A program made the position numbers and the translations under genes. Below are positions 30,708 to 39,465 of a stretch of DNA of 64,000 nt, in pieces; positions within the stretch are counted from its first letter, which is position 1, and the number at the start of each line of letters is the position of its first letter. The notes under the pieces are model-generated. The model saw only the letters and a list, made by a program, of their open reading frames with translations. It was not told the origin of the DNA and made no database searches. This DNA is from Thermoanaerobaculia bacterium (GTDB taxonomy: Bacteria; Acidobacteriota; Thermoanaerobaculia; Multivoradales; Multivoraceae), in contig OY761158.1 in the NCBI GenBank assembly GCA_963664405.1, positions 1,760,001-1,824,000 on the forward strand, written 5' to 3'.

Positions 30708-31082
30708 TCAAAGGCTGCGCTTGCGGCCTCGAATGCGACGGCGACTGCCCTTCGGCTTCCCCTGAGGCTTCTCGAAGGGGGGACGGGATCCGCCGCCGAA
30801 GCCTCCCCCCGATGAAGACATGGGGGCGCGCTGCGGCCGGTCGTCGGCCATATTCACTCGTAGGCTGCGGCCGCCAAGATCCGCCCCATCAAACTGAGAA
30901 GCGGCCTCGGCAGCCTCCTGCTCCGATGAGAACTCGACAAATGCGAAGCCACGAGGACGGCCGGTATTGCGATCGTTCGGGATCACAACATCGGTGATCT
31001 CACCAGCCTTGGAGAAGTGCTGCTCCAACTCGACACGGGTGGTATCGAAACTGAGGTTGCCGACAAAAACTTTCCTGGAAAT
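30708..31082 (-). CDS. RRM RNA-binding protein, probable AUU start
   Basis: RNP2 VFVGNL, RNP1 RGFAFVEF, Gly/Arg-rich tail; AAGGAGG lies 7 nt before ATT 31082. Confidence 0.88.
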   Translation of the reverse strand: MSRKVFVGNLSFDTTRVELEQHFSKAGEITDVVIPNDRNTGRPRGFAFVEFSSEQEAAEAASQFDGADLGGRSLRVNMADDRPQRAPMSSSGGGFGGGSRPPFEKPQGKPKGSRRRIRGRKRSL

Positions 31083-31143
31083 AACCAAACCTCCTTGACA
31101 TGAACGGTAAGTCTACACGGATTCGAGTCCTTCCGCACCGAGC

Positions 31144-31692
31144 CTACTTGCCCCCCAGCCAAACCACCTTGGCGCCGGCAACCGCGGCCTCCGCTCGAGC
31201 GTCGATCTGCTCATCAGTCAAGGTGCTGAGAGGGTGCTCGATTAGCACCGGAGAGAGCGAGCTCATACCCAACGCGTCTCGCTGCATCCTGGCCTCGAGC
31301 TCGAACTCGGCGGTGATCACGACAGCAGTCGCGACGCCGCGCTGTTCGAGGCCCACTGAGTCGTGCATACAGCACGACGTGCACGAACCTCAATCGCCTA
31401 TCGCGGTGATCACCAGATCGCAGTCTCGAGCGATCTCGTCCAAGAGCTGAGGGTCTGCAGCTCGCGAGAAGCTCTCCTTGGCATAGAAGCGGATCTCACC
31501 CAATCCATCCTCGGCCTCCAGTCGCGCGGCGATCCTGCGAAGGAGCTTGCCGGCGTTCCACTTGGTGTTATCAAGGACGCCCAAGCTCCGCCCCTGCAGG
31601 CGTTGCGGCCGGGGCGCTAGAGGCTGTGGCGTAGCGTCAGTGTTTCCCCGGGGGTCGAAGACTAGATCTTGGTCGGGCGGTGACTGGGTCAT
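31144..31692 (-). CDS. UGSC-family selenoprotein (Sec at TGA 31392-31390)
   Basis: Two in-frame ORFs join as ...AIGD-U-GSCTSCCMHD...; hairpin directly downstream of the TGA. Confidence 0.88.
31360..31378 (-). promoter_or_regulatory. Candidate bacterial SECIS
   Basis: GTCGTGC-TGTAT-GCACGAC begins 11 nt after the UGA; G at loop position 2. Confidence 0.7.
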
Positions 31693-31701
31693 GAATTCCT
31701 C

Positions 31702-31869
31702 CTAGTGGACCGTAACACTCGAACGTTTAGTGGCTGAGTGAGTCATTCGTGGTCGAGATCAAGGCGCGCTGACGCAGGCATATCGGGGACTATGTCGAGG
31801 AAGCGTAACGCAGAGATCGGCCGCGAGGGCCGCTCAGGCGCTAAACGTTTGGGTGTTACGGTCCACTAG
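31702..31869 (+). mobile_element. CTAG-flanked hairpin MITE, arm type C (TGGACCGTAACAC)
   Basis: CTAG at 31702 and 31866; 35-bp imperfect TIR; shared core. Confidence 0.88.
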
Positions 31870-31876
31870 TCCACTT

Positions 31877-32983
31877 TCAGGAGTTGCTCTGGAAGCTCTG
31901 GATCACAGGGGTCGACATATGGCCCCACCCCGGGATGAAGGCCGAGAAACGACCGGCAGTGCCTCCCGCGACAAAGATGTGAATGTGCGCGGGCTCCGGC
32001 ACGATCGGGTTGAGGCTCTCCGGCTCTCTACCGTACCAAGCAGGCAGGTTGCGATTGTAGATCTTGCCGTAACGCCCGTCGAAGGCGATGTCGCCAAAAC
32101 GAACCCGTGCCTTCTCCCAAAGAAATTCTTGCACGTCCGGGCGCGCCCAACCGCTTCCAGCGATCGTAGCGGCATGCTCCGGGCCGAGCACCACCGCGCA
32201 GTGGCCGGCGCTCACTGCGTTGTTGTGAGCAAAGCTGCTCATCGCCGAGACAACACTGTCGAGGACCCCCCTGGCATCGTCGGCGACATGATTCGTAACA
32301 CTGTGGGGAGGCTCAGCAGCCATCACGAACACAGTCGATTCTTGCGCCGAGTACCCTCGGGCAACATGGTAGGGCTCGAACGGACTCTCTTCTTCGTTCT
32401 CGGCGATGCAATAACTGTATTTGCCGGGGTGCCCGAGCGTGCTCTTGTCGAGCTCGCCGGGCCAGGCCCCGCCCACATTGAGCAAGATCAAACGGAGTGC
32501 ACGACCGATGGTCGCGTTGGCGCGATTCCCGGAGCCGAAGACGTTAGCCCCGGAGTTCATCTGCAGCTGACCACGCACCGGTCCATTCACCACCAAGAGA
32601 GGAGCAGCCATGTGGGTCGTCGCCTGGACGCCGTTGAGATTGAAGGCGGGCTCCGCTAACGCCAACAGGGCGGCCCGAACCACGGCTGCATACTGCGGCA
32701 GACAGCCCGCCATTACCGCGTTGATCGCCAGCACCTCGCGGGTCAGCCCGCCCCATCGCGGAGGCACTCTGCACTCCGTCAGTCCCGGATTGGCGCCAAG
32801 AGCCGCGACCATGGCGGCCACCTTCTGCGCCGTCGGCGGGACCACCGGCAAGCCGTCGGTCCACCCCTTTTCGTAGTACCACTCGACCAGGTCCCGATTC
32901 GCCTCGAGTCGAGCAACTGCTTTGCCAGCTGCGGCCACAGCGCCCTCGACCTTGCCCCCCCTCGGTTTGCGCTGTGTCGTCAT
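31877..32983 (-). CDS. Conserved protein usually found beside or fused to UGSC proteins
   Basis: 'GWTDGLPVVPPT', 'INAVMAGC', 'NRANATIGRA', 'ENEEESP'; TGATG coupling with the upstream gene. Confidence 0.8.
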   Translation of the reverse strand: MTTQRKPRGGKVEGAVAAAGKAVARLEANRDLVEWYYEKGWTDGLPVVPPTAQKVAAMVAALGANPGLTECRVPPRWGGLTREVLAINAVMAGCLPQYAAVVRAALLALAEPAFNLNGVQATTHMAAPLLVVNGPVRGQLQMNSGANVFGSGNRANATIGRALRLILLNVGGAWPGELDKSTLGHPGKYSYCIAENEEESPFEPYHVARGYSAQESTVFVMAAEPPHSVTNHVADDARGVLDSVVSAMSSFAHNNAVSAGHCAVVLGPEHAATIAGSGWARPDVQEFLWEKARVRFGDIAFDGRYGKIYNRNLPAWYGREPESLNPIVPEPAHIHIFVAGGTAGRFSAFIPGWGHMSTPVIQSFQSNS

Positions 32984-34428
32984 CAAGATCCGTTCACTTC
33001 GAGACTGACCTCCGGACCGAGGGAGACATTCAGCACAATCGCCGGGCTGCCATCGAGACGCTTGGGTCGAGGCCGGCCGAATCTCCCTCGAGAACTCGAA
33101 CGCATTTCCATCTCGCAACCGGACAATCTGATCTGCGAGTCACCGAAAGCTTCCGAAGAACCGGAACGCACAACACAAGGAGTTGGAAGCTCCACGATGG
33201 CGAGAGTACTCCCCGTCAGCCGCATCGAAAGAGGAGTCGAGATCTCTCGCAGATCCAGATCGAGCCGACTATCGGCGGCAACCAGCTGCCGTAGCCGCTC
33301 GACCCCAGCGACGCGAACAACCGACGACGTCGCCTCCAGGCCCAGACTGCCACAGCCGACGAGCTCGATCTCACTGCGGTCGACCTTCAGCTGCAACTGC
33401 GCCATGGCCGCCACCTCCGCCTCTGCGTCAACGAGAGTCAGTTGCCCCGAGGCAAGCTCCTCGAGATCCAAAGTGGCGCCGCCATGCGCCGCGATATTTA
33501 CCACTCCTCGAACCCTCCTCGCCTCGAGCAGACCACCCGTCATTTCGACCTTGAGCTCGCCGCCAAGCTCCTCGATCCGCAGTTCTGCATCCTCAGCTGA
33601 AAGCTCGACCGAGGCGTTGTTGTCGGCAAAACCAAAGGACTCGATGAGCGAGGATCGTGCAATGGCATTGAGCGACCCACTCCATCCACGCAGGCGTACC
33701 GCCGCGTTCACCGCCTCGCCGAGAGCTTCACCTCCACCTCGCTCGAGCTCGAGTGAGCCGCCGTCCAGAACAAACGTGATCTTGCCTTCCAACTCGGAGA
33801 CCAAGAGCTGACTGTCGATAGCGGTGATTTCCAGCTCGCCAAAATGACCGGCGACCGTCAGCGAGGACCTCGTCACTTCGAGCATGACCACCCCTTGGCA
33901 GGCGGCGATGTCGATGCGGCTGTCGACTGCGCCAATCGCCAGATCGGCAACGCGCGTGGCTTGGACCCGAGAGTCCTGGACCGCGAGCGCGATCAGGGCG
34001 CCGTCACCAGAGAGCCCGAGATCCTCCGAGCCCTCGATCTCGACAGCGAGATCTTCGCCTTCGAGCCCGAGCTCCTGATCGGCCCGCAAGACGAGGTCGA
34101 TGCGAATACGTCGATCCTCGAGCCCCGGGTCCCGTGAAAGTCGGATCTGCCCTCCACTCACTGCCAGCTCGATTCCTTCGCCGCGCGTCGCATCGTCACT
34201 GAACGCGGCCTCTATCTGTCCCTGATCCGTCGACTCGCTGACGGTGACGAATACATCGGCCCGATCGAGAACCAGCGCGATGGGCGAAGAGAGTACTGGC
34301 GCCCGACGTGGTTCCGCCGCCGCCGGGTTGGCGGCTATCGCGGCCACCGAGATCATCGCGAGAGAGCCCAAAACATGGCTGACCGAGAGGCGCTGATGAG
34401 CCGGCGGGATTATTCTCGACATTGGCAT
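32983..34428 (-). CDS. Exported beta-strand-repeat (DUF4097/adhesin-like) protein
   Basis: Signal peptide ending AAA-E; repetitive short beta-strand pattern. Confidence 0.55.
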   Translation of the reverse strand: MPMSRIIPPAHQRLSVSHVLGSLAMISVAAIAANPAAAEPRRAPVLSSPIALVLDRADVFVTVSESTDQGQIEAAFSDDATRGEGIELAVSGGQIRLSRDPGLEDRRIRIDLVLRADQELGLEGEDLAVEIEGSEDLGLSGDGALIALAVQDSRVQATRVADLAIGAVDSRIDIAACQGVVMLEVTRSSLTVAGHFGELEITAIDSQLLVSELEGKITFVLDGGSLELERGGGEALGEAVNAAVRLRGWSGSLNAIARSSLIESFGFADNNASVELSAEDAELRIEELGGELKVEMTGGLLEARRVRGVVNIAAHGGATLDLEELASGQLTLVDAEAEVAAMAQLQLKVDRSEIELVGCGSLGLEATSSVVRVAGVERLRQLVAADSRLDLDLREISTPLSMRLTGSTLAIVELPTPCVVRSGSSEAFGDSQIRLSGCEMEMRSSSRGRFGRPRPKRLDGSPAIVLNVSLGPEVSLEVNGS

Positions 34429-34472
34429 CTCGGCAGGGGTCCATGCTGGGGTAAGCTACCGACTTCCCACCC

Positions 34473-34534
34473 TATCTTCTCTTCTTCGGCGAGGGAGCCC
34501 TAATATCTTCTCTTCTTCGGCGAGGGAGCCCTAA
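34473..34534. repeat. Perfect 31-bp tandem duplication in a divergent intergenic region
   Basis: TATCTTCTCTTCTTCGGCGAGGGAGCCCTAA twice. Confidence 0.9.
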
Positions 34535-34568
34535 TGTTCTTTCTCAAGGTGGGTAGTTGGGAGTCTGC

Positions 34569-35333
34569 ATGACCGACCCGAGTTCTGTTTCAACGCCGGG
34601 GGATCATTCCAGCTCAGCGAGCGGTGAGCGGCGGAGCAGGCTGCGCTATCCGGCAGGCGGAGTGTCCGGGATCCTTCCTGGGGCGATGCCATTGGAGATC
34701 GTTGACGTCAGCGAGGTCGGCCTCGCGGTGGCGACCGGCGAGCGCCTGCAAATGAACCGTAGCTACAATGTGACAGTACAGTACCGCCGAAAACAGATCG
34801 AGGTGAGCGCAGAAGTGGTTTGGTGCCGCCTGGCGGAAACTCGGCAGACAAAGCCGGGCGAGTTCGCACCCTGGTACCACGCGGGCCTGGTCTTTCCGCA
34901 ACAATTCAATGGAGCCGGTCACCAGCTGTTGGCAACGTTGAAGAACCTGTGGATCACCACCGTCCCCACTCGCACCTTCGGAAGCGCCGAGTTTCAGCCG
35001 CGTGCGACGAGCTCCTTTGCGAGAGTAACAGCCGAGATTCAGGTGGGAAAGATCAGCCAGAGGGGCCTCGCTGGGCTGATCTACCTCGAGCCAGAGCCGT
35101 TCACCCGGATCCATCTCGACATCCCTCTGGGGAACAAGATCCAAGGTGCTGGAAGCACGCGCAGCCGTCTTTCGGTCGAGGGAAGGATCACCGACTTCGC
35201 GGAGCTGACCGCGGAAGGCAGCTACAAGGTTGGCATCGAGTTCCGACGGGTTTCCCAAAACAGCCGCAAAGTGCTGGCCGATTTCATGGAAGAACCCATG
35301 TCTTCTGGCTCCTACTCCCGTAGGGCAAGCTAA
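34569..35333 (+). CDS. Tandem PilZ-domain protein
   Basis: ERRSRLR (RxxxR), DVSEVG (DxSxxG), 'AEVVWC', 'HAGLVF'; second degenerate PilZ ending 'KVGIEF'. Confidence 0.8.
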   Translation: MTDPSSVSTPGDHSSSASGERRSRLRYPAGGVSGILPGAMPLEIVDVSEVGLAVATGERLQMNRSYNVTVQYRRKQIEVSAEVVWCRLAETRQTKPGEFAPWYHAGLVFPQQFNGAGHQLLATLKNLWITTVPTRTFGSAEFQPRATSSFARVTAEIQVGKISQRGLAGLIYLEPEPFTRIHLDIPLGNKIQGAGSTRSRLSVEGRITDFAELTAEGSYKVGIEFRRVSQNSRKVLADFMEEPMSSGSYSRRAS

Positions 35334-35425
35334 GCGTCTCCCGATCCACCGCGCGTCGACCGCCGTACAAACAGCGATAGTCACTCGCGGCGACCGGTCT
35401 GGCCGGACCGCGGAAGGGGAGTCTT

Positions 35426-36382
35426 ATGCTGGTAGGAAAAGGGCTCTTGGCGAGCAGTCTGTTGCTCGGCGTTGTGGCCGCGACCAGCGCGGCGGAGAGG
35501 CCCCCGCGAGGGGTCGAGATGCTCCTCCCCCGCGGCGACATCGCTGCAGTCTTCCAGCCCGAGTTCGTTCCCGCTTGGCGGGCCAAGATCACAGACGACG
35601 CCTGGGTTCTGGGTGTCGTCGTCGATGGGGTGGCCAAGGCTTACAGTCTCAACCTGTTGAACCGCCACGAGATTGTCAACGACCGAGTCGGAGACAACAG
35701 CTTTGCGGCGGTGTGGTGACCCCTGGCCAATACGGCCGTCGTGTACGACCGCAGAGTTGCTGGGAGAGAGCTCGAGTTCGAGGCTTCGGGAGGCCTCCTT
35801 CAAGCATCTCTGGTGATGAGAGATCGCGAGACCGACAGCTGGTGGTCGATCATGACCGCGGACGCCATTGGCGGCGAGCTCGAGAACACACCCCTCGTCG
35901 AGCTGCCGTGGGGACGGAAAGCGATGTGGAAGGACTGGGTCGCCAAGCACCCTCAAACCGTCGTACTTTCGGTCAACGGCGAAGAGCACCTCAACAACAA
36001 CCCCTATGACAACTACTTCGAGTCCGACGACACCTTTCGCGGCCTCAGAGTCAAGGACAAGAGACTCGGCGCCAAGGAACCCGTCTACACCTTTCGGTTG
36101 CAGGACGATCCCTACGCGGCCCCACACTCCTCCTTCCAGGGTGGCCGCCTGTTCAAGATCCCCGGCGACTCGGCAACGACGCTTATGCTCTACCGAGAGC
36201 GCGGGATCTCGTTTTTCGCCTCGAATGAGGCCTACCTGGTCGATGCGCCCGCCTCCGCAGATCCTCGAGAAGTGCTGACAAAGATCCGCGACGGCCGCCT
36301 CTCGAGCCAGCCGCTCGGGGGCTTCGACACCTTCTGGTACAGCTGGGTCACAGTCAACCCGAACTCGAAGCTGCTTCGTTGA
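35426..36382 (+). CDS. DUF3179-domain selenoprotein (Sec at TGA 35717-35719)
   Basis: In-frame join 'HEIVND...AVW-U-PLANTAVVYDR' at the family's C-P-L cysteine position; 'LVMRDRETDSWWS', 'FWYSW'. Confidence 0.85.
35738..35749 (+). promoter_or_regulatory. Candidate bacterial SECIS apical hairpin
   Basis: GTCG-TGTA-CGAC with loop 22 nt after the UGA; G at loop position 2; short stem. Confidence 0.5.
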
Positions 36383-36431
36383 CGCCTTCGACGCGTCGGC
36401 TAGCGTCCTCCCCGCTCAGGGCGTCGCGTGG

Positions 36432-37772
36432 TCAGGGCGCTTCTTCGCCGTAGCGGTAGCCACGGCGATAGCGGAGCTCTAGGCTCTTGTCCTTCGCTTG
36501 TACTTTCACGTCTCGGTAGCCGCTGGTGCTGGCTGGGTACTCGGACCGGTAGCTGAGCAAGTAGTAGCCCTTGTTGTCGTCGGTGACCTCTCGCATCACG
36601 TTGCCGAAGTTGCCGAAGTTCTGGTAGTAGATACCGCCCGTGTCACTGGTGATCGAGCTCATCGATGAAGCGAGGGGGCCGCTGCCTCCACCGCCGCGAC
36701 TCCCCATGAGATCGAGGGCGTAGACCGCGACATTGCCGGAGTTGAGGCTCTTTTCCATGTCCGGGTAGTAGCGGGAGTCCGGCGTCCAGACCGCACTTCG
36801 GGTCTCGCCGAAGCCGATACTGAAGAGGACCAGATTCTTGCGGCCGACGATACCTTCTGCTGCACGGCCCAGAACTTCCAGCCCCTGCTCGAAGACACGT
36901 GTCTCACGGTCGAGCTCCTTGGGTGGCGGTAGATTGACGAGTAACGATGGGCTACCTGTCTCACGCCGGGGCGCCTCCGAGCGGCGATAACCTCGGTCCT
37001 GCTCCTTCTTCCCTATGGAGGCTCGACCAATCGCTTCGATCACTTGCTCGCGGTCGCGGGTGAAGTCCGAGTAGATCTTGAGACGAAGATTCCAGGTGAG
37101 CACAGCCACCTGGTCGTTGGGAAGAAGCTCCTCTTCGACCCATCGCTTCGCGGCGCGGCTGGCTTCGATCTGGGGCCCACGTGTGAAGGGGGCGTCGCGG
37201 GTCCGGTCGTGGAAGAGAATCATGAAGTACCGATCGCTTCGCCTCTCGCCCTCAGTGCCGCTGGCATGAAGCTCGTCTTCCCCACCGTAGAAGGTTGCGC
37301 TCCCGATCTCGACCGGCTGCCCCTCTTCCTCGATGACGAAGTCGTCGACTCCCAGACCCGCGACGACATCCCCCTTGCCGTCGGTCACGAGAACGTCGAG
37401 TAGAACCTCGATGACGTCGACCTTCTCGCCAAAGACAGGTGTGTCGGCGCCCGATCTTTCGGTCGTTGGCTCGGTCGGGGCTGCTATCGAAGAAGCTGCC
37501 GGCTCTTCGCTGCTCACGGCAGCGGGAGATTCGTCCGCCTCTACGGGCGCCTGATCCGAGGATGCGCTCGAAGGGCTCGCCGGCTTGATCAAGGTCGCCT
37601 TCACCGATTTCCCTCGCTTCGACTTCTTCTCTTTGGTCTTCTTCTCCTCATCGACACTTCCCGCACTCGGCTCCGGCGAACCGGGGGGAGCCCCAACCCT
37701 GTGCGCCGTGCCAGGTTCTGCCGCGACTAGGAGGAGAAAGAGTGTGAGTGTGCCGAGACCTGTTTTTGTCAT
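36432..37772 (-). CDS. VWFA-related (Acidobacterial-type) exported protein
   Basis: 'FGEKVDVIEVLLDVLVTD', 'GRKNLVLFSIG', 'DTGG', 'YYLLSY'. Confidence 0.82.
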   Translation of the reverse strand: MTKTGLGTLTLFLLLVAAEPGTAHRVGAPPGSPEPSAGSVDEEKKTKEKKSKRGKSVKATLIKPASPSSASSDQAPVEADESPAAVSSEEPAASSIAAPTEPTTERSGADTPVFGEKVDVIEVLLDVLVTDGKGDVVAGLGVDDFVIEEEGQPVEIGSATFYGGEDELHASGTEGERRSDRYFMILFHDRTRDAPFTRGPQIEASRAAKRWVEEELLPNDQVAVLTWNLRLKIYSDFTRDREQVIEAIGRASIGKKEQDRGYRRSEAPRRETGSPSLLVNLPPPKELDRETRVFEQGLEVLGRAAEGIVGRKNLVLFSIGFGETRSAVWTPDSRYYPDMEKSLNSGNVAVYALDLMGSRGGGGSGPLASSMSSITSDTGGIYYQNFGNFGNVMREVTDDNKGYYLLSYRSEYPASTSGYRDVKVQAKDKSLELRYRRGYRYGEEAP

Positions 37773-37907
37773 ACTGGGTTCCCGCCTTCAACACTCATAC
37801 TGCCACAGTCGCCACCCGCCAGCATCCGCCCCAGACAGGCGAACGGCGGCGGAGGCACGGTGCGGCAACGCTCGCCGTACGAGACCCCCCGCGACGAACG
37901 ACTCGCC

Positions 37908-39458
37908 TCACGGGCGGTAGGTGAACGCCTGGGGCCCAGGTCTGCGCGCTCCGGAGGTCAGGTTGGCCCAACGGCACAAGATCGGGCGGGTGTCGCGAGG
38001 ATCGATGATCTCTTCGATCTCGAAGTACTCGGCCGAGCGGAAGGGGGAGCGCACTCGATTGAGACGCTCCTTGATCTCGGCGAGATGGGCCTCGTAATCC
38101 GTGGCTTCGGCAAGCTCGGCCTTGTAGGCGACCTCGATTCCACCTTCGATCGGAAGCGACCCCCAGTCTCCCGACGGCCAGGCGTAGCGGAAGTGATGGC
38201 TGCCTGGTTTCTGATTGGCGCCGCCTGCGACACCGAAGGCCTTACGAATCACTACACAGCAGAAGGGTGCGGTGGCCTGGCCGAGCGCGGCCAAGGTCTG
38301 GGAGCCGAATCGAATCGTCGCCTCCTCCTCGGCCTTCTTTCCGATCACGAAGCCAGGGCAATCCTCGAGATGAACGAGCAGCAGATGAAAGGTGGAGGCC
38401 AGGTCGAGGAATCGAGTCAGCTTGCGGCAGGCGTCAGCGGTCCATCCGCCACCGTAGATGTTCACATCCTCGGCGAAGAGTGCCACCGGCCAGCCATCCA
38501 GACGCGCCAGGCCGGTGATGATCGACCGTCCCCAATCGTGGCCGATCTCGAAGAACGAGTCACGGTCGACGACGCTGTCGATGACACTGCGCATCTTGTA
38601 GGTCTGCCGCGGATTGCGAGGAACGATCTCGATCAGCCCCTCATCTCGCCGTGCGGTGTCGTCCTCACGGCCCCCCCTCGGCGGCAGCTCGTCGACATTG
38701 GTCGGTAGGTAGGAGAGAAACCGGCGAGCCCGCTCGAAAGCCTCCTCTTCGCTGTCCACCGCATCGTCAATGGCGCCATTGGCAGTGTGAATGCGAGCGT
38801 GGCCGAGATCTTCCTTGGCGACGGTTCCTCCGCCCGCCCACTCCACCAGGGCGGGTCCGGCGATCATCATCTGCGCCGACCCTCGCACGATCACCGAGTA
38901 GTGGCTCGTCGCTACCCGAGCAGCTCCGATGCCGGCGACCGACCCGAGCGCCAGAGAGACCGAGGGCGCGACACCGAGATGCTGCACCACCAGCTCCCAA
39001 CTCCCAAGGCGTGGAATGTAGGTTCGCCCAGCCATCTCGATGGTTTTGACCGAGCCGCCGCCACCCATGCCATCCACCAAGCGGACATGAGGTAGACGCA
39101 GCTCCAAGGCGAGGCCCTCAGCATGGACGCGTTTGGCCCCAATCGAAGCGTCCGCCGAGCCGCCGCGAACGGTGAAGTCATCGCCGGAGATCACCACCGC
39201 TCGGTCGTCAATCTCTGCGGTGCCACAGACGAAATTGGAAGGCGTAAAGCTCTCGAGCTCTCCCTCTTCACTGTACTTCGCGCGACCGGCAACGGTCCCG
39301 AACTCATCGAAGCTACCTTCATCGACGATCGCTGCCACCCGTTCTCGTACCGTCAGTTTGCCAAAATGGTGCTGCCGATCCACCTTCTCGGGGCCGCCCA
39401 TCCGATGGGCCAGCTCCTCCCGCCGCCGCAGCTCCTCGATCTCGGGCTTCCAACTCAT
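37908..39458 (-). CDS. Acyl-CoA carboxylase carboxyltransferase subunit
   Basis: 'GKLTVRER', 'DFTVRGGS', 'DCPGFVIG', 'IIDPRDTR'; start at MSWKPEIEEL. Confidence 0.9.
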   Translation of the reverse strand: MSWKPEIEELRRREELAHRMGGPEKVDRQHHFGKLTVRERVAAIVDEGSFDEFGTVAGRAKYSEEGELESFTPSNFVCGTAEIDDRAVVISGDDFTVRGGSADASIGAKRVHAEGLALELRLPHVRLVDGMGGGGSVKTIEMAGRTYIPRLGSWELVVQHLGVAPSVSLALGSVAGIGAARVATSHYSVIVRGSAQMMIAGPALVEWAGGGTVAKEDLGHARIHTANGAIDDAVDSEEEAFERARRFLSYLPTNVDELPPRGGREDDTARRDEGLIEIVPRNPRQTYKMRSVIDSVVDRDSFFEIGHDWGRSIITGLARLDGWPVALFAEDVNIYGGGWTADACRKLTRFLDLASTFHLLLVHLEDCPGFVIGKKAEEEATIRFGSQTLAALGQATAPFCCVVIRKAFGVAGGANQKPGSHHFRYAWPSGDWGSLPIEGGIEVAYKAELAEATDYEAHLAEIKERLNRVRSPFRSAEYFEIEEIIDPRDTRPILCRWANLTSGARRPGPQAFTYRP

Positions 39459-39465
39459 GGCGCAA

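Noticed and set aside
31702-31869. MITE core as a true SRP (4.5S) RNA gene
   Set aside because: Multi-copy, bounded by TIRs and target duplications, and lacks the GGAA tetraloop helix; only the internal loops resemble SRP RNA.
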